This document shows, piece by piece, positions 1 through 12,607 of a DNA stretch of 64,000 nt; the first letter of the stretch is position 1, and each line of letters opens with the position of its first letter. Location of the stretch: contig CATNEN010000034.1 in the NCBI GenBank assembly GCA_950097015.1, positions 7,378,001-7,442,000 on the forward strand, in the 5' to 3' direction. The position numbers were made by a program, and so were the translations under genes. The notes beneath the pieces were generated by a model, which saw only the letters and a list, made by a program, of their open reading frames with translations, did not search any database and was not told where the DNA came from. This stretch comes from Macrostomum hystrix. Taxonomy: Eukaryota > Animalia > Platyhelminthes.

Positions 1-432
1 GGGAAATACTAGCTGAGAGACTGGGGAAATACTAGCTGAGAGACTGGGGAAATACTAGCTGGAAGACTGGGGAAATACTAACTGAGAGACTGGGGAAATA
101 CTAACTGAGAGACTGGGGAAATACTAACTGAGAGACTGGGGAAATACTAGCTGGAAGACTGGGGAAATACTAGCTGAGAAACTGGGGAAATACTAGCTGA
201 GAGACTGGGGAAATACTAGCTGAGAGACTGGGGAAATACTAGCTGGAAGACTGGGGAAATACTAACTGAGAGACTGGGGAAATACTAGCTGAGAGACTGG
301 GGAAATACTAGCTGGAAGACTGGGGAAATACTGCCTGGAAGACTGGGGAAATACTAGCTGGAAGACTGGGGAAATACTAGCTGAGAGACTGGGGAAATAC
401 TAGCTGGAAGACTGGGGAAATACTAGCTGGAA
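1..432. repeat. 23-bp minisatellite (ggggaaatactagctgagagact), downstream of MED6
   Basis: Directly visible tandem units; runs off the left edge of the window. Confidence 0.95.
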
Positions 433-677
433 GACTTTGGAAATAAGCTACTAAAATCTGTTCGGATCTTTGACAAAAGTTTCGGGAAGAAAGAAACAAA
501 TCTATCAACTTAAATGAAAGATAAATTGCCTACTTTCTATACCGGGCAACTTTTTGAAAATAAACAAATTCAAAACTTGATAATTCGAACAAAAAAGGTT
601 GCAGTAGGACAGGAAAACGGCTTATGTATTTAGTGGTGAATATTTACAAGAGAGAAAAAAGACACAGTTTAGGAAAT

Positions 678-3600
678 TTAAGCCGATGGGGCTTTTTTAA
701 CAACAGTCTGAGATTGCTGCTGCTGTTGCTGCTGCTGTTGCTGCAGCATTGGTTGAAAGTTCGGCGACGGAAACAGCGCCGACCATTCTTTGAGCAGAGC
801 GTCAACTCGCTGTCGCTGATACAAGCTGCTTTCCTTCTTGATGCCAGACCCAGCTTTGCCAACGGAAGCTGCCGTACCGGAAGCGACAGCTGGCGCAGCT
901 GAGGAAGATGCGGCATCGTTAGACTGACTGCCGGGAGTAGCCCAGCTGTAGCCGTCATCCGGATGATGCCTAACAATAGCATTCAGAGAGTTGAACGCGC
1001 TCTGCAGATGATAAGTCGATGTTAAAAGGCGGGAATTGAATAGCGAGCCTAGATCCGGGGCAGCGTGGACCACACCGTTGATGATGTAGTACAGGGATAG
1101 CGGAGTCACCTGCGGGGAAATGTGGGAACGAGTGAGTATAGTGTGAGAGAATAGTATGAGACTTAGTTACAGTAAAGTATGAGGCTTAAGTATAATATAG
1201 TATGAGCATTGAGTATAGTATGAAACTTGAGTATAGTATGAGACTTGAGTATAGTATGAGACTTGAGTATAGTATGAGACTTGAGTATAGTATGATACTT
1301 GAGTATAGTATGAGACTTGAGTATAGTATGAGACTTGAGGATAGTATGAGACTTGAGTATAGTATGAGACTTGAGGATAGTATGATACTTGAGTATAGTA
1401 TGAGACTTGAGGATAGTATGAGACTTGAGGATAGTATGAGACTTGAGGATAGTATGAGACTTGAGTATAGTATGAGACTTGAGTATAGTATGAGACTTGA
1501 GGATAGTATGAGACTTGAGTATAGTATGAGACTTGAGTATAGTATGAGACTTGAGGATAGTATGAGCATTGAGTATAGTATGAGACTTGAGGATAGTATG
1601 AGACTTGAGGATAGTATGAGACTTGAGTATAGTATGAGACTTGAGTATAGTATGAAACTTGAGTATAGTATGAGCATTGAGTATAGTATGAGCATTGAGT
1701 ATAGTATGAGACTAGCAAGTTTTGCCCCCCTTCGGGGAGCAGAAATACTTTTAATTCGTCTAGTATATACTTTTTAGCAGCTGAATTTACAGCTTTTTAA
1801 AGCTACAATGAACCCCCAGTTGACAATGATCCCCCCGTTGATGATGATCTCCCAGTTAATGATGATCCCCCAGTTGACAATGATCCCCCAGTTGACAATG
1901 ATCCCCCAGTTGACAATGAACCCCCAGTTGACAATGATCCCCCAGTTGACAATGATCCCACAGTTGACAATGATCCCTAAGTTGACAATGATTCCACAGT
2001 TGACAATGATCCCCCAGTTGATGATGATCCCCCCGTTGATGATGATCTCCCATTGACAATGATCCCGCCCGTTGATAATGATCCCACAGTTGACAATGAA
2101 CCCCCAGTTGACAATGATCCCCCAGTTGATGATGATCCCCCAGTTGACAATGATCCCCCAGTTGACAATGAACCCCCAGTTGACAACGATCCCCCAGTTG
2201 ACAATGATCCCCCAGTTGATAATGATCCCCCAGTTGACAATGATCCCACAGTTGACAAAGATCCTCCAGTTCACAATGATCCCCCAGTTGATGATGACTC
2301 CCCATTGATGATGATCCCCAGTTAACAATGTTCCTCCAGTTGACAATGTTCCCCCAGTTGACAATGATCCCCCAGTTGATGATGATCACCCAGTTGACAA
2401 TGAACCCCCAGTTGACAACGATCCACCAGTTGACAATGATCCCCCAGTTGACAATGATCCCACAGTTGACAATGATCCCCCAGTTGACAAAGATCCCCCA
2501 GTTGATGATGATCCCCCAGTTGATGATGATCACCCAGTTGACAATGATCCCCAAGTTGACCATGATCCCCCATTTGATGATGATTCCCCAGTTGACAATT
2601 ATCCCCCAGTTGACCATTACCCCCTAGTTGACAATGATCCCCCAGTTGACAATGACCCCCCAGTTTACCATGATCCCCATTTTGATTATGACTCCCCAGT
2701 TGACGTTGATTTTTCAAACGCTGGGTAAGCCAAGATTCAAACTCAGATTTCGCCATGTTTTAAACCCTGATGGGCTATGATTCAAACTCTCGTTTTGCCA
2801 TGATTCAGACTCTGGTTGACTATGATTCAAACTCGGTTGGCTATGATTCAAACTCTGGTTTTGCCATGATTCAAGCTCTGGTTTAGCCATGATTCACACT
2901 CTGGTTTAGCCATGATTCAAGCTCTGGTTTAGCCATGATTCAAACGCTGGGTTAGCCATGATTGAAACTCTGGTTTAGCAATGATTCAAACTGTGGTTTT
3001 GCCATGATTCAAACTCTGGTTTAGCCAAGATTCAAACTCTGGTTTAGCCATGATTCAAACTCTCAAGTTGAGACTTGAGAGGATAGTATGAGACTTGAGT
3101 ATAGTATGAGACTTGAGTATAGTATGAGACTTGAGTATAGTATGAGACTTGAGGATAGTATGAGACTTAAGTATAGTATGAGCATTGAGTATAGTATGAG
3201 CATTGAGTATAGTATGAGACTTGAGAGTATAGTATGATACTTGAGGATAGTATGAGACTTGAGTATAGTATGAGCATTGAGTATAGTATGAGCATTGAGT
3301 ATAGTATGAGACTTGAGTATTGTATGAGACTTGAGAGTATAGTATGAGACTTGAGTATAGTATGATACTTAGTTACAGTAAAGTATGAGGCTTAAGTAGC
3401 TCGTATAATATAGTATGAGCATTGAGTATAGTATGAGACTTGAGTATAGTATGAGACTTGAGGATAGTATGAGACTTGAGTATAGTATGAGACTTGAGGA
3501 TAGTATGAGACTTGAGTATAGTATGAGACTTGAGTATAGTATGAGACTTGAGTATAGTATGAGACTTGAGGATAGTATGAGACTTGAGGATAGTATGAGA

Positions 3601-4919
3601 CTTGAGTATAGTATGAGACTTGAGGATAGTGTGAGACTTGAGGATAGTGTGAGACTTGAGTATAGTATGATACTTGAGGATAGTATGAGACTTGAGTATA
3701 GTATGAGACTTGAGTATAGTATGAGACTTGAGTATAGTATGAGACTTGAGGATAGTATGAGACTTAAGTATAGTATGAGCATTGAGTATAGTATGAGCAT
3801 TGAGTATAGTATGAGACTTGAGAGTATAGTATGATACTTGAGGATAGTATGAGACTTGAGTATAGTATGAGACTTGAGTATAGTATGAGACTTGAGTATA
3901 GTATGAGACTTGAGGATAGTATGAGACTTAAGTATAGTATGAGCATTGAGTATAGTATGAGCATTGAGTATAGTATGAGACTTGAGAGTATAGTATGATA
4001 CTTGAGGATAGTATGAGACTTGAGTATAGTATGAGCATTGAGTATAGTATGAGCATTGAGTATAGTATGAGACTTGAGTATTGTATGAGACTTGAGAGTA
4101 TAGTATGAGACTTGAGTATAGTATGATACTTAGTTACAGTAAAGTATGAGGCTTAAGTAGCTCGTATAATATAGTATGAGCATTGAGTATAGTATGAGAC
4201 TTGAGGATAGTATGAGACTTGAGTATAGTATGAGACTTGAGGATAGTATGAGACTTGAGTATAGTATGAGACTTGAGTATAGTATGAGACTTGAGTATAG
4301 TATGAGACTTGAGGATAGTATGAGACTTGAGGATAGTATGAGACTTGAGGATAGTATGAGACTTGAGTATAGTATGAGACTTGAGGATAGTGTGAGACTT
4401 GAGGATAGTGTGAGACTTGAGGATAGTATGAGACTTGAGTATAGTATGAGACTTGAGTATAGTATGAGACTTGAGTATAGTATGAGACTTGAGTATTGTA
4501 TGAAACTTGAGTATAGTATGAGACTTGAGTATAGTATGAGACTTGAGTATAGTATGAGACTTGAGTATAGTATGAGATGAGATGCGAATATAGTGTGTTA
4601 GAATTTGTAACGTATACATATTTACCTGACTAGGCGAATGCCTATACTGCTTGCGTATGACAAAGAGAATTGGCTCCTGGCATCGAAGAAGTACATACTC
4701 AGTGCCCTGCATGCCAATGAGATGCTCAGGGCTTAGCCTTTGCATTCGAATCTGTTCATTATTGCAGTTCTTTTCATAGAAAGGATTGGAGCGTTCGCAG
4801 AAATAGTCCAAAATATTGGCCGGACACAGCTGCTGCGGATTCCAACGCTTTGTGTCCGACCAGGTCTGCGAGAGCTGCTCAGACCAGGGCAGAGACTGCG
4901 ATGCCATACCGTGTGCCAT
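678..4919 (-). CDS. MED6: Mediator subunit 6; exons 4919-4626 and 1109-678 (about 241 aa; alternative ATG at 4907)
   Basis: Translation has [56 protein letters not shown] and QRQRVDALL, matching the MED6 family. Phase-0 intron CAG|GTAAAT...CCCCGCAG|GTG (1110-4625). Confidence 0.95.
1140..1712. repeat. 18-bp minisatellite (gagtatagtatgagactt), block 1, in the MED6 intron
   Basis: Tandem units visible. Confidence 0.95.
1805..2710. repeat. 21-bp minisatellite (ccccagttgacaatgatcc-type) in the MED6 intron
   Basis: Tandem units visible; 7-aa periodic ORFs (MIPQLT). Confidence 0.95.
2725..3062. repeat. 23-bp degenerate minisatellite (gccatgattcaaactctggttta) in the MED6 intron
   Basis: Tandem units visible. 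Confidence 0.9.
3066..4580. repeat. 18-bp minisatellite, block 2, in the MED6 intron
   Basis: Same unit as 1140-1712. Confidence 0.95.
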
Positions 4920-5044
4920 AGGACTCAACGCGGAGGAATGCTGAAGCCAGAGGAAATATTGAGGATAAAGAGGATATTTATCCCAAAATCTTCAGGCTAC
5001 TCTGCTCGTGGGTCCTGGTCTTAGATTATTAAATTTTCTTAAAT

Positions 5045-5295
5045 CTGTTTCAGGGCCATAGACTGATTCTGAAATCCTCAGGCTGCTGTTTCAGGGCCAT
5101 AGACTGATTCTGAAATCCTCAGGCTGCTGTTTCAGGGCCATAGACTGATTCTGAAATCCTCAGGCTGCTGTTTCAGGGCCATAGACTGATTCTGAAATCC
5201 TCAGGCTGCTGTTTCAGGGCCATAGACTGATTCTGAAATCCTCAGGCTGCTGTTTCAGGGCCATAGACCATTTCTAAAATTCTCAGACAGATTTT
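5045..5295. repeat. 41-bp minisatellite, 5-6 copies, upstream of MED6
   Basis: gtttcagggccatagactgattctgaaatcctcaggctgct repeated. Confidence 0.95.
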
Positions 5296-5566
5296 TTAGG
5301 GTCCTGGACTGACTCCCCTTGTTAATATACTTTCTATACGGTCCCACACTTTATGGCAAAAAAATAAATAATTCAAGATTTTCTATAACATAAAAGCAAT
5401 AAAACTTTCGTTTATTATTACTCCCAAATAATCTATAAAGCCTTGGGCTAGCAATGAGCACAATATAGCAAATTCAAGAATAAACAACAACAACAAAAAT
5501 GTTGAAGGAATAAATCTAACAAAATAAACAAAATATATAAATATCCTTTGATTCTCTTTTTTGCCT

Positions 5567-8313
5567 ATTCCCCAAATCCTTCAGCAGACCAGCCATAATC
5601 CCCAAATCCTTCAGTAGACCAGCCATAATCCCCAAATCATTCAGTAGACCAGCCATAATCCCCAAATCCTTCAGTAGACCAGCCATAATCCCCAAATCCT
5701 TCAGTAGACCAGCCATAATCCCCAAATCATTCAGTAGACCAGCCATAATCCCCAAATCCTTCAGCAGACCAGCCATAATCCCCAAATCCTTCAGCAGACC
5801 AGCCATAATCCCCAAATCATTCAGCAGACCAGCCATAATCCCCAAATCATTCAGCAGACCAGCCATAATCCCCAAATCATTCAGTAGACCAGCCATAATC
5901 CCCAAATCCTTCAGCAGACCAGCCATAATCCCCAAATCATTCAGTAGACTAGCCCTAATCCCAAATCCTTCAGCAGACCAGCCATAATCCCCAAATCATT
6001 CAGTAGACCAGCCATAATCCCCAAATCATTCAGCAGACCAGCCATAATCCCCAAATCATTCAGTAGACCAGCCATAATCCCCAAATCATTCAGTAGACCA
6101 GCCATAATCCCCAAATCATTCAGTAGACCAGCCATAATCCCCAAATCATTCAGTAGACCAGCCATAATCCCCAAATCCTTCAGTAGACCAGCCATAATCC
6201 CCAAATCCTTCAGTAGACCAGCCATAATCCCCAAATCCTTCAGCAGACCAGCCATAATCCCCAAATCCTTCAGCAGACCAGCCATAATCCCCAAATCCTT
6301 CAGTAGACCAGCCATAATCCCCAAATCCTTCAGTAGACCAGCCATAATCCCCAAATCCTTCAGCAGACCAGCCATAATCCCCAAATCCTTCAGCAGACCA
6401 GCCATAATCCCCAAATCCTTCAGTAGACCAGCCATAATCCCCAAATCCTTCAGCAGACCAGCCATAATCCCCAAATCCTTCAGTAGACCAGCCATAATCC
6501 CCAAATCCTTCAGCAGACCAGCCATAATCCCAAATCCTTCAGCAGACCAGCCATAATCCCCAAATCCTTCAGCAGACCAGCCATAATCCCCAAATCCTTC
6601 AGCAGACCAGCCATAATCCCTAATCATTCAGCAGACCAGCCATAATCCCTAATCATTCAGCAGACCAGCCATAATCCCAAATCCTTCAGCAGACCAGCCA
6701 TAATCCCAAATCCTTCAGCAGACCAGCCATAATCCCCAAATCCTTCAGCAGACCAGCCATAATACCAAATCCTTCAGCAGACCAGCCATAATCCCAAATC
6801 CTTCAGCAGACCAGCCATAATCCCCAAATCCTTCAGCAGACCAGCCATAATCCCCAAATCCTTCAGCAGACCAGCCATAATCCCTAATCATTCAGTAGAC
6901 CAGCCATAATCCCCAAATCATTCAGTAGACTAGCCATAATCCCCAAATCCTTCAGCAGACCAGCCATAATCCCCAAATCATTCAGTAGACCAGCCATAAT
7001 CCCCAAATCATTCAGTAGACTAGCCATAATCCCCAAATCCTTCAGTAGACCAGCCATAATCCCCAAATCATTCAGTAGACCAGCCATAATCCCCAAATCA
7101 TTCAGCAGACCAGCCATAATCCCCAAATCCTTCTGCAGACCAGCCATAATCCCAAATCCTTCAGCAGACCAGCCATAATCCCCAAATCCTTCAGTAGACC
7201 AGCCATAATCCCCAAATCCTTCAGTAGACCAGCCATAATCCCCAAATCCTTCAGCAGACCAGCCATAATCCCCAAATCCTTCAGCAGACCAGCCATAATC
7301 CCCAAATCCTTCAGTAGACCAGCCATAATCCCCAAATCCTTCAGCAGACCAGCCATAATCCCCAAATCCTTCAGTAGACCAGCCATAATCCCCAAATCCT
7401 TCAGCAGACCAGCCATAATCCCAAATCCTTCAGCAGACCAGCCATAATCCCCAAATCCTTCAGCAGACCAGCCATAATCCCCAAATCCTTCAGCAGACCA
7501 GCCATAATCCCTAATCATTCAGCAGACCAGCCATAATCCCTAATCATTCAGCAGACCAGCCATAATCCCAAATCCTTCAGCAGACCAGCCATAATCCCAA
7601 ATCCTTCAGCAGACCAGCCATAATCCCCAAATCCTTCAGCAGACCAGCCATAATACCAAATCCTTCAGCAGACCAGCCATAATCCCAAATCCTTCAGCAG
7701 ACCAGCCATAATCCCCAAATCCTTCAGCAGACCAGCCATAATCCCCAAATCCTTCAGCAGACCAGCCATAATCCCTAATCATTCAGTAGACCAGCCATAA
7801 TCCCCAAATCATTCAGTAGACTAGCCATAATCCCCAAATCCTTCAGCAGACCAGCCATAATCCCCAAATCATTCAGTAGACCAGCCATAATCCCCAAATC
7901 ATTCAGTAGACTAGCCATAATCCCCAAATCCTTCAGTAGACCAGCCATAATCCCCAAATCATTCAGTAGACCAGCCATAATCCCCAAATCATTCAGTAGA
8001 CCAGCCATAATCCCCAAATCCTTCAGTAGACCAGCCATAATCCCCAAATCATTCAGCAGACCAGCCATAATCCCCAAATCCTTCTGCAGACCAGCCATAA
8101 TCCCAAATCCTTCAGCAGACCAGCCATAATCCCAAATCATTCAGCAGACCAGCCATAATCCCAAATCCTTCAGCAGACCAGCCATAATCCCTAATCATTC
8201 AGCAGACCAGCCATAATCCCAAATCCTTCAGCAGACCAGCCATAATCCCAAATCCTTCAGCAGACCAGCCATAATCCCTAATCATTCAGCAGACCAGCCA
8301 TAATCCCTAATCA
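5567..8313. repeat. 30-bp minisatellite (cagcagaccagccataatccccaaatcctt) between SARS2 and MED6
   Basis: About 90 tandem units; abuts the SARS2 stop codon. Confidence 0.97.
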
Positions 8314-10508
8314 TAGCATGGGCTGCCTGCGCAGTTTAGCAAAGTACATAGACTTCATTGAAGGCCTACGCTGCAGTGTGAGTTGATTAGGAAACGGCTT
8401 CATATAGAATGCTAGCGCCGGTGGCAAAGTCACAATGCCAGCATCGGGTTGCCAATGCGTCTCAACTAAGGCTTTGATTGTTCGCGTCACTGCGCAAGCC
8501 GTACCATTGAGAGTGTGCGGATATTCAGCGCCACCATTTGCTGGGGAAGCCAGGCGCATGCCCAACCGTCTACTCTGATAGTCTGTACAGTTGGAAGCGC
8601 TGCACAATTCGCCGAATCGATGCTCGCTTGTTAGCCAAGCTTCCCAATCGAATTTTCGATAGGCCGGGGAGCCCAACTCTTCGGTGGCCATGTCCAACAA
8701 GCGGCAGTGCAGGCCCAGACGGGTCAGGATTGCCGCCTGCACTGATAGGATGCGCTGGTGCTCAGCCTCGCTCTCTAACGGCGACGTCAGGCTGAACAGC
8801 TCCACCTGATTGGACGATGCGAGGACTTATTATTGCTTGATTACTTTTTACATGTAGGTTCTTATCAACCTGGGGTCTGTGGGTTCTTATCTACCTGGGG
8901 TCTGAACGTTCTTATCTACCTGGGGTCCGTGGGTTCTTATCTACCTGGGGTCTGCGGGTTCTTATCTATCTGGGGTCTGCGGGTTCTTATCTATATGGGG
9001 TCTGTAGGTTCTTATCTACCTGGGGTCTGTGGGTTCTTATCTACCTGGGGTCTGCGGGTTCTTATCTACCTGGGGTCTGTGGGTTCTTATCCACCTGGGG
9101 TCTGTGGGTTCTTATCTACCTGGGGTCTGTGGGTTCTTATCTACCTGGGGTCTGTGGGTTCTTATCTACCTGGGGTCTGAACGTTCTTATCTACCTGGGG
9201 TCCGTGGGTTCTTATCTACCTGGGGTCTGTGGGTTCTTATCTATATGGGGTCTGCGGGTTCTTATCTATCTGGGGTCTGTAGGTTCTTGGGTCTGTTGTT
9301 TTTATCTATATCTGGGGTCGGCTCATTATTAGCTCACCTTAGTAAACTGCGGCACACGATAGAGCACATCCTCAACTTGGGAGACTTCGCGTCTATAGCA
9401 ACGCGAAACAGCGCACAGCCTAATAGGCAACTGATCCAATGTATAGCAACCGCCGGCCAGGTAGCCAGCCAGAGCCACCTCAGATGTGCCAATTAGGGCC
9501 ATGGCTCTAGTTGATTCCGGCTGATCAGGACCAGCTCCATTGGACGTTAAAAACACCTGAGATCTGGCGCCGTGGACTGTAAAGCCGCAGGCGTTAATTA
9601 GCTCGGGTGGAACTAGTTCCGGCACGCCAATCTGCGATGACAGGGTTGATTGTTTTCGAGGTACGACGTGTCAATTTTTACACCGGACAATTCAATATGC
9701 GTTGCCTACTTTTGCTTTTGTCCTACTTACAGATGCTTATAGTACAAGTTGTGTTACTGTAAGTGGTGCTAAAAGTATAAATAGTGCTACTAACTGGGGC
9801 TAAAATTACAAACTGCGCTACTTAACTGGTGCTAACAGTACAAACTACGTTACTGAACTTGTGAATGGTGATGTTTACCTGCCGATATCCAAACTCGCTA
9901 GCCGTATCCAAGGCCAAATTCACAAGAGCAGTCTCCAAGTGGGCCAGTTGGCCTCTCATAAAATGTGTCCGATGTCCAGTTAATAGGGACAATTTTCTCG
10001 AAGTCAACAATCTCAGCTGTTCCAGTATACTTCGAGCATCTAATCTAGGTGTAGAACTGTGCTCACTACTCCGATCTAGTTGCTGGGGTGATTGGCCGAT
10101 CAGACGAACCAATCGATTATTAGCTTCCCCGCCGATAGGCGAATCCGGATGTGTCCAGTTTGGCAGTCGGGCAGCCAACTCGACAGCCCCAGTTAAATTA
10201 CCTTCAGAGTGCAGTTTTAAGGCTTTGTCTATCAGATCTGGATCAGCACCGCGCAGTCTAGCATTCTCGCGCGCGGCCGCTGCACCAGCTGGATTGGTGA
10301 GACTGGACCAGTCCAGCACGGGTTGAAAGAATGCTTCATCGCTGGCTCCTTTGTTAGCAACGTTTGCCTGGCCAGCGCTGGCAGACAAGGCCTGCCGACT
10401 GGCAAACAGCAGAGACTGACAGCGAAGCCGTGCCAGGCAAAGCACTGAACTCGCTGATAACTGTGGCTGCGGGTAGCCGCAAGTAGCGGAAGCATATGGC
10501 GGATGCAT
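8311..10508 (-). CDS. SARS2: Seryl-tRNA synthetase, mitochondrial type; exons 10508-9879, 9631-9338, 8805-8311 (about 472 aa)
   Basis: Motifs LPNWTHPDSPIG, GTSE, YRRE..LYRVPQFTK|VELF, ELCSASNCTDYQSRRL and HTLNGTACA. N-terminus resembles a mitochondrial targeting peptide. Both introns are GT-AG, phase 0. Confidence 0.92.
8850..9320. repeat. 25-bp minisatellite (gggttcttatctacctggggtctgt) filling SARS2 intron 2
   Basis: Tandem units visible inside intron 8806-9337. Confidence 0.95.
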
Positions 10509-10599
10509 TTGTACTTGAAATTCTATGTAAAATATCAGCAGGGAGCAGCTTATATAAGAGCAGACCTAAATGCCTCTTAATGAATTCGAGAGAAAATGG

Positions 10600-10990
10600 A
10601 GCGGACAGAGAAGGGAGCGGAGAGAGAAGCTTTCTGGGGAGCGGGAGAAGGGAGCAGGTGAAGGGAGCGGAGAGAAGGGAGCAGGTGAAGGGAGCGGAGA
10701 GAAGTGAGGAGGTGAAGGGAGCGGAGAGAGGGGAGCAGGTGAAGGGAGCGGAGAGAAGTGAGGAGGTGAAGGGAGCGGAGAGAGGGGAGCAGGTGAAGGG
10801 AGCGGAGAGAAGTGAGGAGGTGAAGGGAGCGAAGAGAAGTGAGCAGGTGAAGGGAGCAGAGAGAGGGGAGGAGGTGAAGGGAGCGGAGAGAAGTGAGGAG
10901 GTGAAGGGAGCGGAGAGAAGTGAGCAGGTGAAGGGAGCGGAGAGAGAAGGGAGCCGATAGAGAAGGGAGCGGGAGAAGGGACAGAGAGGA
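10600..10990. repeat. 27-bp GA-rich minisatellite (gtgaagggagcggagagaagtgagcag) between TSR2 and SARS2
   Basis: Tandem units; 9-aa periodic ORF VKGAERSEQ. Confidence 0.93.
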
Positions 10991-11309
10991 GTCGAGAAAT
11001 AAAATGTGTTTTGCATTTTAAGTATCCAATCTTTCGAGCACAGAGTATCTGACTTTTGTATAGAAATAAATATAAACAAATATGATTTATTCCACTTGGA
11101 CTCAAGAAAAATCGACTTGTCTCATCTGCTGAACATGAAACTTAACCATTGTATTTTTCTTTCCAACAACCCCTTTGTTTTCAAAAGCGCAGCTGGGAGA
11201 GAAATACAAGAATAAATCGGTGCCAAACGTCAAACAATTTACACAAAGGTATATAAGCGGGATGAAGGATTAAAAGGGCATTCATAAGGCTAAAAGAAGA
11301 GTTAGATTT

Positions 11310-11816
11310 TCACGCAAGCCCGCCAGCAGCTTGTCCCTCACAATCTTCTTCTCCGTCTTCGCTTCCATCATCGTCGTCGTCGTCTTGCTGACTATTTGGC
11401 GCAATGACGCACTGGGAGAGAGTGGCACCGCTGGCCAGTCGAGCTAGAGCCGATTCAACAAACGTCACTTCGCCGCGCCGCAATCGCTCTAGCAGGTCGC
11501 AGAGCAGCCGCGCCACCTCGTAGCAGCTCCCGTCGTCGAAAACACTTTCGAACAATTCGTCAACATACCTTTCTAAGACGTCGCTAAGTTCGTCTGGCGC
11601 CAGAGCACTGTTCTCAACCATCCAGCGGCAGACAGCCTGCTGAAGCCAGTCGACTTTGGCACGAGTGTCCGGACCGCCGGCTTCATGTTCGAGAATGAGA
11701 TTAATGGCTGTCCAGGGAGCGAATACTCGGCGAACCACTGGCAGAAAGTCGGCCTGGCTCACTGACTGGCGAGTTGGAATACCGCCAACTACTGCTGCTA
11801 CCGACGAAGATGAAGC
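11310..11816 (-). CDS. TSR2: Pre-rRNA-processing protein TSR2; coding exon starts at acceptor CCAG|GCT with no in-frame ATG before the domain
   Basis: F..VVRRVFAPWTAINL..EHEAGG....KVDWL...V..W and D.L..Y.DELFESVFDDGSCYEVARLL plus an acidic tail match the TSR2 (WGG) family. The track ORF start at 11885 is TTG, and the first in-frame ATG lies inside the domain. Confidence 0.88.
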   Translation of the reverse strand, partial: ASSSSVAAVVGGIPTRQSVSQADFLPVVRRVFAPWTAINLILEHEAGGPDTRAKVDWLQQAVCRWMVENSALAPDELSDVLERYVDELFESVFDDGSCYEVARLLCDLLERLRRGEVTFVESALARLASGATLSQCVIAPNSQQDDDDDDGSEDGEEDCEGQAAGGLA

Positions 11817-12607
11817 CTGGAATGAGCATTTGTGGGGCAGGTGTTCAGGGAAAGGTAGGTGTTTACAGGAGGCTAGCAATTGCAAAAAACTGGAATATAC
11901 ATTTCAGGTAAGATAAGGCCTTATCATACAAAGGGTGGGATCGATGCTTTCAGGTAAGTCTTTAGGGAAAGGTGAGATAACTTGGTAGTCTAGGCAAATT
12001 TAAAAAAATTTTAGTGCTTAAGTTAGGGTAAAGTGTTCAGAAAAAAGTACATTAGGTAACTATGTTGGGATATTGAAAAGCTAATAAACACAGAATAAAT
12101 ATGAAATAGTTTCAAGAAACCCTGTAAACAACTTTTTAAAATTATATCCTAGCATTTTCTTAAAATAAATAGGGTATCAAACAGTTTGTTAAAGAATATC
12201 CATTTTGTGATTAATAAATGGGGCAGTTAGCTTATTTTGTTTTGCCTGTAAATCTTAACTTTTTTATTAGCATATATCATAACATTAAGTATGGTAAGTA
12301 GCTCACAAGATAGCTAAAAAACTCATGACTAAATAAACTTTGAAGTGATCAATTAATTAATTCAGAAAGAGTTAGCTACAAAATTTGTAGATTGTTCTTC
12401 AGACTTGTAGAAGTCTGAAGCATACAATCTAATTTTGAAACAAGTCAACAAGAAATGGTTTCTGAAGACTTCATAACACTGATGACAAAGAGTCTATATT
12501 TTTTCAATGCTTAGGTCTGCTCCCAAGTTTAGTTGCAGAATGCAACTGGATAATCAATAAAGTTATTTTAAATCAAGATATTTTGAACTTGGTCCCACTA
12601 TATATAG

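Noticed and set aside
11817-11885. N-terminal extension of TSR2 from the TTG at 11885
   Set aside because: It is a non-ATG start, the segment is not conserved, and it ends in a pyrimidine-rich acceptor; it is more likely intron or outron.
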